From Octopus sinensis (taxonomy: Eukaryota), in contig NC_043015.1 in NCBI RefSeq assembly GCF_006345805.1, positions 7,316,001-7,380,000 on the forward strand: 64,000 bases of DNA, read 5' to 3'. The position numbers and the translations under genes are program-made. A model generated the notes under the pieces. It saw nothing but the letters and a program-made list of their open reading frames with translations, was not told the origin of the DNA and did no database searches. This document shows, one piece after another, positions 13,124 to 24,888 of the stretch (position 1 is the first letter of the stretch; every line of letters begins with the position of its first letter).

Positions 13124-14341
13124 AGAGGTAAACATATATATATGGGGGTGTATGTATGCATATATGTGTTCAGAGGGAGGTAAACAGAGGAGGAAAGATG
13201 CATATTTCGCACACACGCAATCATATATATATATTAGCACACACATATACATACATACTTGATCATGTATGTACACTGCATATCGACTGTAATCCGATAT
13301 ATCATATTGTTAGTAGAAAGAGCATAACATTTTTGATTTTCTCTTACGCTTTAAGAATTTGAAATTATTCTAATAAATTGCATTATAAATCATATTCACA
13401 TTTATAATTTAACATTAACTGCCAATGCAATTATTATTGCAATTATCCTTATAATAATAGTTATCAATGAGTGCTTGTCTTCATTTTGCAATTGTGTATT
13501 TTATTTACTACTACTGCTGTGAAAGTGGTTTAACTTGTCGTTGTTGTTATTCCTTGGTTCGTAGTTATTATTGTTGTTGTTGTTGTTGTTTTTATTGTTG
13601 TTGCTGTTGTTGTTGTTGATGTCTGAATTGATCGATCTTGTCTAAATTAATGTCTGATATTTAAATGCCAACATATAATTGAATATCTGCTATCAAACTT
13701 TAACGTGGTATCGAGAATATGTAAAGTAGGAATTGCATAAGATTGTAATTATTTGAGAATTCATAAGCGTCTGTATGTATTAATGCGTCAATACATTGAT
13801 TTCAGAAGTGCGATAGATACTTCTGAAACTTGTTGTAATCGAGACGAATCAATTACAAGTATTCTATTATAGTGATATTCACATTTATCAACGAACATAA
13901 CATTCAACAATGTATCTTCTATGTAATCGATCGACCTGCAAGTAATAACAGTGAATCGTCCCCAAATGACAGCAACAGTTTTGTCTTTTAAAAAATATGG
14001 AAGTGATTCGATAATGCAATTCAATATCTTTTTTACCATTATCTTATGGTTGTTTCAGTCATTAAACTTTGACCATGCTGGGTCACAGCCTTGAAGTGTT
14101 TTAGTCTTAAAAAATTGATTCAGAACAAATCGCTGTTTCAGGGATGTAAACAAACCACTGTAGGATGTCAAATGTTTGGTGTGGAACACGTGCAATCATA
14201 CATACATATATCAGCATGTGTGTATTTATATATCTATATATGTATACATTACAGTGAGATATATATATATACTATATATAATTTACATGTTAAATATAAC
14301 GAAAGATAATAAAGGAAAATATAATGGAAATATGTATATAT

Positions 14342-14387
<46 letters not shown>

Positions 14388-14867
14388 CATGTTAAAATAA
14401 CGAAAGATAAAGGAAATATATAATGGAAATATGATATATATATATATATATATATATACATCGTGTTTGTGTGTTTGATATTTTGTGTGTGCTTTTTTGT
14501 GTGTGTATACAATGGACTCCATATAGTTTCCGACAACCATACCATCTCACACAGTGTTGACCAACCTGCGTATAGTAGAAAACTTTTGCCCAAGTTTCGT
14601 TGGATTGCAGGGGTAAGCCCGAAACAGAGTGGTTGCTAAACAAGCTTCTTAAGCACAGTCGTACTTGAGCCTGTATATACATGCTTTGAAACCTTTCACA
14701 TCATACCCATATCCAGAAATGTAGACATCCTCTTTAACCCAAACTGACCTTATGAATTACCTACGTCTGAATTCAACCCCATATTTTTGAACATGACCTA
14801 GGGTTCAATTAAGACGGCTATGTGAAGCTGCTAGAGGCTTTAGGTAATCCCTGGGTGGAGTGGGTTA

Positions 14868-14963
14868 ACAAAGAATAAGTCCTGGGGTCGATTTGCTCGA
14901 CAAAGGGCGGCGCTCCAGCATGGCCACAGTCAGATGACTGAAACAAGTAAAAGAGTAAAAGAA
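14868..14963 (+). mobile_element. SINE family B, 3' fragment
   Basis: GAATAAGTCCTGGGGTCGATTTGCTCGAC...GCTCCAGCATGGCCACAGTCAGATGACTGAAACAAGTAAAAGAG matches the tail of full copies. Confidence 0.85.
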
Positions 14964-15035
14964 TATATATATAATATATTACATATGTAAATATATACAT
15001 ATATACATCTATACACTATATAAGTTTAATATATT

Positions 15036-15068
<33 letters not shown>

Positions 15069-15412
15069 ATATATATATATATATATATGCATCTATATAT
15101 ACATATATACGTATATATAAATATTTACGTGTATATGCACACACACGCACACACACACACACACAAACACACACGCAAGCATGTATGCATGTATACGTTT
15201 ATACGCCCTTCGAAACCATGACAGGACAACCAGGAGAAATACAAACAAAAAATGTGAATAGTTATTTCTTGCGTTTGTTATTTTCACCCACGATAGAAAT
15301 TTGTTTGAAGTTTTGTATTCTCTTAATTTCCATGAGGATCTTTACCACTCCACAATACTAAGAAATATAATCACCCACTTCATATACATGCCACAAATAT
15401 TCACAAATATTC

Positions 15413-15454
<42 letters not shown>

Positions 15455-16057
15455 CAGGGAGAGAGAGAGAAAAAGGGAGAGGCTGATAGATAGATAGATA
15501 GACATATAGATGAAACGCCACCAAGAAAATGCGTAGCACTTTTAGACATTGCAGTAAACATTATGTCAAATGATATACAGTAAAAGAGCAAAAACAAAAG
15601 ATGGAAATATAAACACATGAAAGGAATCTAAAATTGTACACAAAACTTAATGTATACATAACCAGAGGATTGTGGGATTATTGTAAAAGATTATGTTGCA
15701 AACATCAAGTATGCGATTATTTCCTTATATTTTTTATTATAATTGCTGTTGGTTGGACAAACGTTTCGACTTCGTAGTATACATTAATATACACACACTT
15801 AAGTGAACACAAACAAACGCACAAATTGAAATGTTTAGTGTTTGATAATGTATCTCTATCTATGATTAACCTCATGTATTTATACATACTCGATTTATAT
15901 GTAAGTTTCACTATTTATAGTGCCCTAGTTGAAGAGTGTCTACGAGACTGCTGGAACATCTTTAAATAATGAGTATTTTGTTCGAAATATATATTTCTAA
16001 TCTGAGAAGAAGCAGGAAATATTAAATCATGTAATTCGCCCGAAATACATTTTGACC

Positions 16058-16340
16058 ATTGATGATAGGTCTGCCCAGTTGAGTTTACTTAGTGCTAAAC
16101 AAAAATATCCACAGTAAGTTAGATGAGATATATTTTATCTAAATGTGCAGAATCCACCTCAGATATTCACTTTTAAATGATAGGTCTATCAGGCTAGTTT
16201 ACTTCGTCCTAAACAGAAACATACACACTAAGATAGATTAGATATATTATCAGAATGTGTAGAATCGACCTCAAATATTTCCTTGTAGATGATAAGTCTG
16301 TTCGCTATGTGTTTCCTTAGTTTTAAACAAAAAACATGCG
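16058..16340. repeat. Diverged tandem repeat, unit about 115 bp, about 2.5 copies
   Basis: GATAGGTCT/GATAAGTCT anchors recur near 16062, 16179 and 16290, each followed by similar CTAAACA.AAA and GATATATT motifs. Confidence 0.65.
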
Positions 16341-16840
16341 CAGGAAAATAGATTGAATAAACTTTATCAAAATGTGAAGAATCAACCACAAATATTCTCT
16401 TATAGAGTCGTGTTTATAAAATGTCTGATTTTATTTACTTCAACGTTTCTAATGGAAAATAGCCATTTTTCTTCATGTCTTAGAAATATTTATACTATGA
16501 AGGTATGTGTGTGTGTGTGTGTGGTGTGTGTGTGTGTGTACGTGTTTGTGTGTGTGTGTGTATGTGTGTGTGTATGTATATATATATATAATACCTTGGA
16601 AGTTTTTCGTCAAAAAATAATTTTCATTGTAGAGTTAAAAAAAAAAAAAATCACAATCTAATACACAAAAGAGGAAAAGATCTTTTTTCCAGACTGGAGT
16701 TAAGTGGTACGAAACAGCAATATATTAACCTTAGAAGGTCGAGTACTGAACTACAAGATCAAGCACTTGCGTGACAGCTGTGTGTTATGTGACTTACAAT
16801 AACTGCTGTGTTACGTTGTAAGTACTTTATTTTATTGCAG

Positions 16841-17003
16841 ACCATGTTGAAATTTTGTGTCAGGACCAATACATTAAGATTGATATATTGGCGAGAGGTG
16901 ACAATGTCAAGATGTTGATTAAGTTCAACTCAATTAAACAAAACTTTGTAATCGGTAAAGACATAAATTTCATAACATCAAATGACACTTCATTCAGACT
17001 TCC

Positions 17004-17005
<2 letters not shown>
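16841..17005 (+). CDS. Candidate internal coding exon, phase 1-1, 165 nt: (D)[54 protein letters not shown]
   Basis: Acceptor tactttattttattgcag|A, donor CTG|gtaata, open frame, length divisible by 3, non-repetitive composition. Confidence 0.45.
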
Positions 17006-17041
<36 letters not shown>

Positions 17042-17149
17042 GCAGCAGTCACAATAATAATAATAATATACCGAGTCGATATCTCTATTCCCTTCCCATG
17101 TAAACGTGTAAAGGAAATTCATCATTGTTCAATGCCAGTTGATAACAAT

Positions 17150-17154
17150 TCAAG

Positions 17155-17215
<61 letters not shown>

Positions 17216-17602
17216 TATATATGTATATATGTATATATACACATATATATATACACAAATATATATATACACAAATATTATATACACAAATATATATATA
17301 ATAATATATATATACATATATATATATATGTATATATATACATATATATAGATATACATACATTTACATATATACATAATATATATGTATATATATACAT
17401 ATATATATAGATATACATACATTTACATATATACATATATGTATAAATTATATATAGATATACATATTATATATATACATATATATATATATATACACAT
17501 ATAATATATATACATATATGTATAAATATATATATATACATATATATATATATACATATACATATATATACACATATACATATATATACATATATGTATA
17601 AA

Positions 17603-17636
<34 letters not shown>

Positions 17637-17840
17637 CATATACATATATATACATATACACACAATATAATAGATATACATACATATACATATATATATG
17701 TATCATATATATATATATATATAGATATACAAACATATACATATATATATATGTATACATATATATATATATATATAGATATACATACATATATAGATAG
17801 ATATACATACATATATATATGTATATATATATGTATATAT
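17150..17840. repeat. Long degenerate (TA)n/(TACA)n microsatellite
   Basis: Direct reading. Confidence 0.9.
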
Positions 17841-17975
17841 TGTCAAGATTAATCAGCCGAATTTGCGAGGATGATCCGGGTCTTGATTGAAGATTAAAGG
17901 CTTCGAATGACTCATCCGTGGTTTTTGTATCGTCTATCCGGATGTTTTGCGTTCTTGTCCCATTTTGTATTTTTC
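17841..17975. mobile_element. Interspersed repeat family E fragment
   Basis: ATCAGCCGAA...GGCTTCGAATGAC...TATCGTCTATC.GGATGTTTTGCGTTCTTGTCC is shared with 57888-58040; both copies are embedded in TA repeats. Confidence 0.7.
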
Positions 17976-18066
17976 ATATATATATATAATTGCAATAATC
18001 GGAGTCAAGAAGAAGAGGTACGGTTAGAAATTTATCTTTTAATCACTACAATTGTTTCCACGTAAC

Positions 18067-18253
18067 GTAGTTCTCCAGGCGTGTAGGTGCTTGATTATGC
18101 AACGGTTTTCCTGCATTTTGAGATCAAATTGTGTTTCCTCAGGCGATATGTAAATATTAACAATATTGATATATCGCCCGGGAAAACACAACTAGGTCTC
18201 ATAATGCAGGGAAACAGTTGTATATTCAATTACCTGGACACATGCAGAACTAC
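18067..18253. repeat. Old imperfect palindrome (MITE-like), arms about 92 bp, 3-nt loop
   Basis: GTAGTTCT...AATATT-AAC-AATATT...AGAACTAC; arms colinear with scattered substitutions and no obvious indels. Confidence 0.8.
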
Positions 18254-18281
18254 TTTGCATGAAAATGATTGTAGTGATTAG

Positions 18282-18400
18282 AAAATAAATGTCCAAATTT
18301 TTTCAATTATCTATTCACATATGACAGATGTACATACTTCCAACGCAAATCTGGGAGTACGTGCAATGCCACTACGGAATACTACAGGGTCAATTTGAAG
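18282..18400 (+). CDS. Weak candidate exon: (E)NKCPNFFNYLFTYDRCTYFQRKSGSTCNATTEYYRVNLK
   Basis: Open frame compatible in phase with exon 16841-17005; donor AAG|gtgggc; the acceptor gtgattag lacks a pyrimidine tract. Confidence 0.22.
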
Positions 18401-18632
18401 GTGGGCAACCTTTATAGTGTATTCTACTACGTTCTGAATAGAATATTCCATAACTACATATGTGTGTGTATTTATGCATGTATATGTATACACTCATAAT
18501 ATATATATATATGTATCAAACCCATAAATTTGATAAGTGCCAACACACGAAACTCTCGGACCTTGTGCCACTATTTTTTCTACATATTAATAAGAATATA
18601 CATATAGCCATATATTGAGTTCTATTCTCCCT

Positions 18633-18796
18633 AGGTGCAAGCATGGCTGTGTGGTAAGACGTTTCCTTCTCAGTCATGTACTTCCGTGTTGACGCCTCCT
18701 GCTTGGCAACTTGGGTGAGTGTCTTCTACTATAGCCTCGGATCGACCAAATCTTTGTACGTAGATTTGGTTGATGGAAACTGAAAGAAGCTCGTCG
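18633..18796 (+). mobile_element. SINE family B, 5' half
   Basis: TGGCTGTGTGGTAAG A-box region and CORE-like CTTGGGTGAGTGTCTTCTACTATAGCC. Confidence 0.85.
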
Positions 18797-19515
18797 TATA
18801 TATATATACAAACTCTCTTACCCATATATATATATTATATACCAACTCTGACTTGTACTCTGTTTTTTCGTTGTTAAAAAAGGTCCGTTTCCATGTTTGT
18901 TTTTACGTTTTCGTTTCTCGTTGTGTTCTACGTCTATTTGTGGTGTCCTGTACTTACGTATATATATTTAGATATGCATGTATATATACATGTAGATATA
19001 GGTACGTACATATATGTATGTATGTATGTATGCATATATTTTATTTATTAAATTATATATAAATATATATATACATATATATATATATATACAAGATAAG
19101 AAAATGGAGAAATACATATTTATATTTACTTATATTTATATTCTCTTTTTTTATATATATTCTACTTATTATACAACATTACCCTTTTATGTACACTTCT
19201 TTATGTACACTGGTTTGTTCTGCTTCTTTATATTCAACCCTACAGTCTCTTATGTGGTGGATTAATAAAGTATGTGATTGAGTATTATATGGTAATTGAT
19301 ATTTGATTTAGAGGTATTTCTCCATTTTCTTATCTTGTATTAGTAATTTGTGGTAAATCATTTTACCTTTGCCCATATAATACAGTAAATGAACTGATTG
19401 CATCGCAATCATTAACATTTATGTATTAACTTTGTTGGGTACTTCACTAACAGTATATTGGATGTGTTATCCCATGGAGGGTTGCATTTACAACCCCTAT
19501 CTCAATTTGTGTATA

Positions 19516-19550
<35 letters not shown>

Positions 19551-19628
19551 GCTGAGAGAGTTGGTATGGGAAAGCACGTAGTTGGATGTATAAAAAAACA
19601 AGCTAGAATAATAAAAAGAACACAGAGA

Positions 19629-20015
19629 AATAACTGGTTTTGTATTTTCTTTTCAAATTTCTTGAATTTCTTTACCGACATTGTGTCATCTGTTTACTAT
19701 GGTGTGATATCACACCATAGCGAAGAGATGACACAACATCAGTAAAGAAGTTTGGGTAATTTGAAAAGAAAATACAAAACTGGTTATTATTCGACGGATA
19801 TTTGTCCTCATCTTCTTTTTTGTTAACACAAAGTTTCGGCTGATATACCCTCCAGCCTTCTTCAGGTGTCTTGGGGAAATTTCGAAACTGGGTTCCCATT
19901 CCTAAGGTATTTCTTGATGTTATAATTATTATTATTGTTGTTGTCGTTGTTGTTGTTCAGGTCACTGCTTGGAATCGAACCCGGAATCTTGGGGCATATG
20001 GAGTAGTGGTTAAGA
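19629..20015 (-). mobile_element. Composite element: tRNA-type head + (CAA/TAA)n + minimal hammerhead motif + terminal fold-back
   Basis: Minus-strand B-box GGTTCGATTCC (19971-19981); A-box-like TGGAGTAGTGG inverted at 19999-20009; hammerhead skeleton 19825-19870; zero-loop palindrome 19629-19788. Confidence 0.65.
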
Positions 20016-20633
20016 TATCCGTGAAATGTAAATAATGTAAATAATAAAAATATTACGTAATTCCTCATCTCATAAATATAAAACTCTATACATATATACA
20101 TCTGTGTATGCCAATGTATGCTCTGTGTACGTGCGTGTATATATATGTGTTTGTATGTGTTAGAAGATGTTACCGGCGAAATTTCGAAGTAGAGTGTAAA
20201 GATTCCTTATATAATTTTACGGTACGTTTAATACTGTGTCCTGCATTTAGTGAATACCTACTGCCCCGACGAATATAATTCTATATATTTATCTATCTAT
20301 CAATAGTGGGACATACTGATATAGAATTATGTCTACGTTCTAAAGCAAACTCCTATACTGCTTCTATCAACAGACTTTCATTCACTATGCATTCACCAAC
20401 CGAAGGCTGCATAGGAAGACACGTGCATAAGCTGCTATGCATTGGAATAGATTCCAAAACTTTACATAGATAGAGAGTAACCCTTTTGTTTTTATATTTA
20501 ACCACGCAGCTATGCTCATTAGTCTGTTTTCAAATATACGAACAATTTAACTAATATAATTGAAAAATATTTCTTCTTGAAAACTCTTGGTAAGTGTCCC
20601 GAGATTTTACTTCGGATTTCAGTAGTACTCAAT

Positions 20634-20972
20634 GTATTTTATTTCCCCCTTCGGTCATGAATGACCATGGGATTGCACCTAGAAAGTTATCCTCCTAGAC
20701 ACAAGTCCGGGCAAGGTTGTTTATGGAAGACCAGCAGTCGCCCATGCATACCAGCCTCCCCTCTCTACGCCACCAGTGTTATCCAAGGGAAAGGCAAAGG
20801 CCGATACAGCTTGGCACCAGTGACGTCGCAACTCATTTCTACAGCTGAGTGAACTGGAGCAACGTGAAATAAAGTGCCTTGCTCAAGAACACAACACGCA
20901 GGCCGGTCCGGGATTCGAGCTCACAACCTCACGATCGTAAGCTCGACGCTCTAACCACTGAGCCATGCGCCA
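20634..20972 (-). mobile_element. SINE family C, full length, tRNA head GGCGCATGGCTCAGTGGTTAGAGCG...CTCGAATCCC
   Basis: A and B boxes, central TTGAGCAAGGCACTTT domain, 10-bp TSD AGTACTCAAT at 20624-20633 and 20973-20982. Confidence 0.9.
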
Positions 20973-22150
20973 AGTACTCAATATAGTGCTAGCATATCTA
21001 ATCTAGTAAACATTAAACGCTAAATAAGCAATGACTGTGTGATGAGAAGACATTATTAGTCAATAATTAATACTATTTTCTTTATCCCGCGGATAATTTG
21101 GTGAAGTACGAGCAACACAACCCCGGCGGGTATATCTCTGTTTTATTATGTATCTTCGCCGAAGCTTACACCTAACTGTACATGCCGATGTATGATTGAT
21201 TAAATGATTGATATGAGAATTACTGCAGATATAAAGTATTGTACTCGAGAAGATGTATATGTTAGCATATTTTAGACAATACGTTGCGCAGAGAAATTAC
21301 TCAGGCACACTATTTACACTTAATACAACAGCCAAGTGTGAGTCGATATAGTTAATGAAGTGAACATTAAACAGTTAATTAGAAAATATTATGTGATGAA
21401 GAAAGAATGAACAATATTAATATTATACGATTTAATCGACTTGCTCTCCCCTAAAAATTGTTGGTTTTGTGCCAAAATTAGAAAGAATTATTGTCTTAGT
21501 TCTGATTATTTGTTTAATGATATCGAAAAAGAGTAATAACGTTTAGAAAGGGCTTGGCAAGTGGAACAAAGAATGGTTTCTAATTTTATGACAGAGGTCA
21601 GACACGAAAAAAAAAAAACGAAAAGAAAAAAGGAGGTCATTATTGGTAGTTATTTTTCAATAGCAGAATTGAACTTTCTCATGACTTGAAATGGCAAATA
21701 CTGGACTAAACTCTAGACTCGTTTAGAGTCATCGTTAAACTGTTTCTGTTACTTTAACATTGAGCCGTAAAGAATCCTAATCAAGAATAGCTCACAACAC
21801 TGAGAACAACATTAGACAACACACGATTCTCTCCTTAAAGTCTAACTTCAGAAATAAACTTAGAGAAACTGGGAATGGCGGTGGCTAGATTACTTATTAA
21901 TAGAGATTTGAAAAGTGGAAACTGAACCGAGAGCTAAACAATACCTCACCAGGAAGTTGCCCAACCTGCTTACAATGAAACCAAATAATATACATCTCAA
22001 CTCACAACCTCAAAATGTATGAGAGATTAGACAATGAAATATGATATACAAACAGCATGGATGCTCCTGACATAGAGGAGTGTATCATAGCGTTCTGAAA
22101 GCATGGACGAGCCGCCACCACCACCATCAAAACAATCACCATCAAATGCT

Positions 22151-22384
22151 TATTTCTTTACTACCCACAAGGGGCTAAACACAGAGGAGATAAACAAGGA
22201 CAGACAAACGGATTAAGTCTATTACATCGACCCCAGTGCGTAACTGGTACTTAATTTATCGACCCCCGAAAGGATGAAAGGCAAAGTCGACCTCGGCGGA
22301 ATTTGAACTCAGAACGTAACGGCAGACGAAATACGGCTACGCATTTCGCCCGGCATGCTAACGTTTCTGCCAGCTCGCCGCCTT
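22151..22384 (-). mobile_element. SINE family A, full length
   Basis: Reverse complement of the family A sequence from head to tail. Confidence 0.92.
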
Positions 22385-23087
22385 CAACAAATGCCACCAC
22401 CAACACTACCATCGCCGCCGCCGCCGACGACGACGACAACAGCAACAATAACAACAACAGCAGCAGCAAAGACAGTTACAACAATATCAATAGTAAACTC
22501 CACCAGCGCTGACAACGACAACGAAAATATCAACAGCAGCAACAGAAACCAAACCAGCCGCAAGCTACGATATATATGTTCAGAATCCATAATGTTCCTT
22601 TAAATGAAGAGTAACACTGATCTCTGTCTGATATGTTAAGTGGATGTGTGTGATATATGTATATTCCTGAGTAAGACAACAAAATACTTTATGTAACGGA
22701 TACTGCTGCGATACATACTTAAAAGACTGGTGTAGCTGAAGTATTAGTTTCCAAACATCTGCTATATTTTCATTTTCTTCCGACCTACTTAGGGTAAGAC
22801 GTATACATTAGAAGATGATTTTTGTGGTTTTTTTTCGTTCCTCTAAAGAATACGCAAATTTTCCTTCGAAAGATCTCAAACCAAATTATCAAGTCCTACC
22901 AAAGATGTTCAGCAATGGTTAAGATGCTACTGAGAAGAATCACTAATGTTTTGAAGAAAAGAGAAAAGATGCTTTAAGAAAAAAAAAATATATATTCGTT
23001 ATATTAGAAAATGTATTTGGAATATAAACCCACACTTAAAATATACATATATATTATATATCATTTATTATATATATGTATATATGC

Positions 23088-23145
<58 letters not shown>

Positions 23146-23199
23146 TATATCTATATAAATATATATAATAAATTATATAATACGATATATATATATATA

Positions 23200-23450
23200 T
23201 AAGCAGCAAGGATATCCAGAGGTAATGCAGTACGATCGTTTCATGCAACTCCATTTAATTGAACAATAAGGCAATCATTACATCAATTTAAAATGTAGAG
23301 CAATCTTCAGCTGCACAAAGACATAGAATTTAATTAAATTAGAACATATGGACACAGAACAATTATACCTAAATTCTCCAAGATTCTTCAATTAAATGGA
23401 GTTGCATGAAACGATCGTACTGCATTACCTCTGGATATACTTGTCGCTTA
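23200..23450. mobile_element. MITE of about 250 bp with about 63-bp TIRs (52-bp perfect core), TA flanks
   Basis: ATATCCAGAGGTAATGCAGTACGATCGTTTCATGCAACTCCATTTAATTGAA (23212-23263) is exactly inverted at 23387-23438. Confidence 0.88.
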
Positions 23451-24030
23451 TTTTGAATTTAATCACCCTACTTTGAAATTGTATGGATAATTCCGTACTA
23501 AATTCTGGTACCTCAAATCAAGACTTTCATCAGTATTTTTTTTATATCATGGCCAGTATTTGGGGCAAATTCTCTGATTAATATCAGCAATAATAACAAA
23601 AGCATCATAATTTATTTTGTAATCTGAAAAGATATAATACAGTGTTCGGGCTAAATTTGACATTTTTTACGTCATCTTTTTCCAGGAACAGATTGATGAT
23701 GTTTTGTGGGCAGCCAACTGCGTTGGGGAGCTGAGAAAATGTTAGCTGGCACGGAGAAGTGGAAGGTATCTGAATATTGGAAAAGAGTTACCGGTATCAT
23801 GATGATTCGTACCGAGTATCAAAATGTCAACATCATATTTGTTGTCCAATGTTCTGTGAACACTGTAAAGACGGTAAGGCGTGTCGTGAACGCTGACTAC
23901 GAAGCGTTGGTCAGCAGGAAATGACATAACGGGCGCACTGATTGCTTCTGCATTAGGGAAATTCTCACCCACGTCTTCGAACATGGACTTAGGCTTAATT
24001 CAGACAGCTATATGTCACTGCTGGAGTGAC

Positions 24031-24254
24031 AAAGGCGGCGAGCTGGCAGAAACGCTAGCAAGCCGGGCGAAATGCGTAACCGTATTTCGTCTGCCGTTAC
24101 GTTCTGGGTTCAAATTTCGCCGAGGTCGACTTTGCTTTTCATCCTTTCGGGGTCGATAAATTAAATACCAGTTACGCACTGGGGTCGATATAATCGACTT
24201 AATCCGTTTGTCTGTCCCCTCTGTGTTTAGCCCCTTGTGGGTAGTAAAGAAATA
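24031..24254 (+). mobile_element. SINE family A inserted in the mariner transposase
   Basis: Full head-to-tail match; splits the transposase remnant. Confidence 0.92.
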
Positions 24255-24667
24255 TATATGTGTGGCAGCAGCATTCATTTCCTTGCCACACGTCCGGAGA
24301 GAGTTATAAGTGTTCACTGGAGTGTTTCTAAGACTTTGGCAGCCCCAATTTCTAGCTTTCTGATTCACCCGATGGTAAATCCCATTGATCTCTCTGTGTG
24401 ACGCACCTCTGAAAAAGACACCAACCGCTCTGGTTGCAAAATTAAAGTCGGGCTGGTTGCCAAGATCAAGGAAGTGTTCAAAGATCTTCCCATGGACACA
24501 GTGAAGAACGCTTGCGCCTGGTTCTGGAGCCGACTTGAAACCGTGGTGGAAGCTATGGCTACTTTTAATAAAATGTTATCTTCTAATCATCGCCTAGTTG
24601 ATATCTTTTGATTTTATAAAGTACATTTATTTTTTGATGACAAACTTTGTTTTCTTCCCTTTTTTAA

Positions 24668-24888
24668 CCCTTTAGCATTCAAACCAGCCATATCCGGCCA
24701 AAAGCAATCTGACTATTTTATGTTCAAACTGGCTAGGTCTGGTCTCTCACACCAACCCCACAATATCGTTTTAAAAATTAACGGCTACCTCATCAAAATC
24801 TCATAACTACAAGATAATGCAGGATTAATTTAATACAATGAAGGTGTAAAAGCATTAATTTTGGCAGAATAATGAGAACACTAAAGGG
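24668..24888. mobile_element. piggyBac-type MITE
   Basis: TTAA-CCCTTTAG...CTAAAGGG-TTAA: 8-bp exact TIR and TTAA target duplication (24664-24667, 24889-24892). Confidence 0.85.

Noticed and set aside
13788-14039. 83-aa non-repetitive minus-strand ORF
   Set aside because: No recognisable domain, begins next to a SINE remnant, and such lengths occur by chance in this window.
20900-20972. tRNA-like sequence (also heads at 10955, 30093, 42056)
   Set aside because: No closed acceptor stem or Pol III terminator; each continues into a SINE body with TSD or tail.
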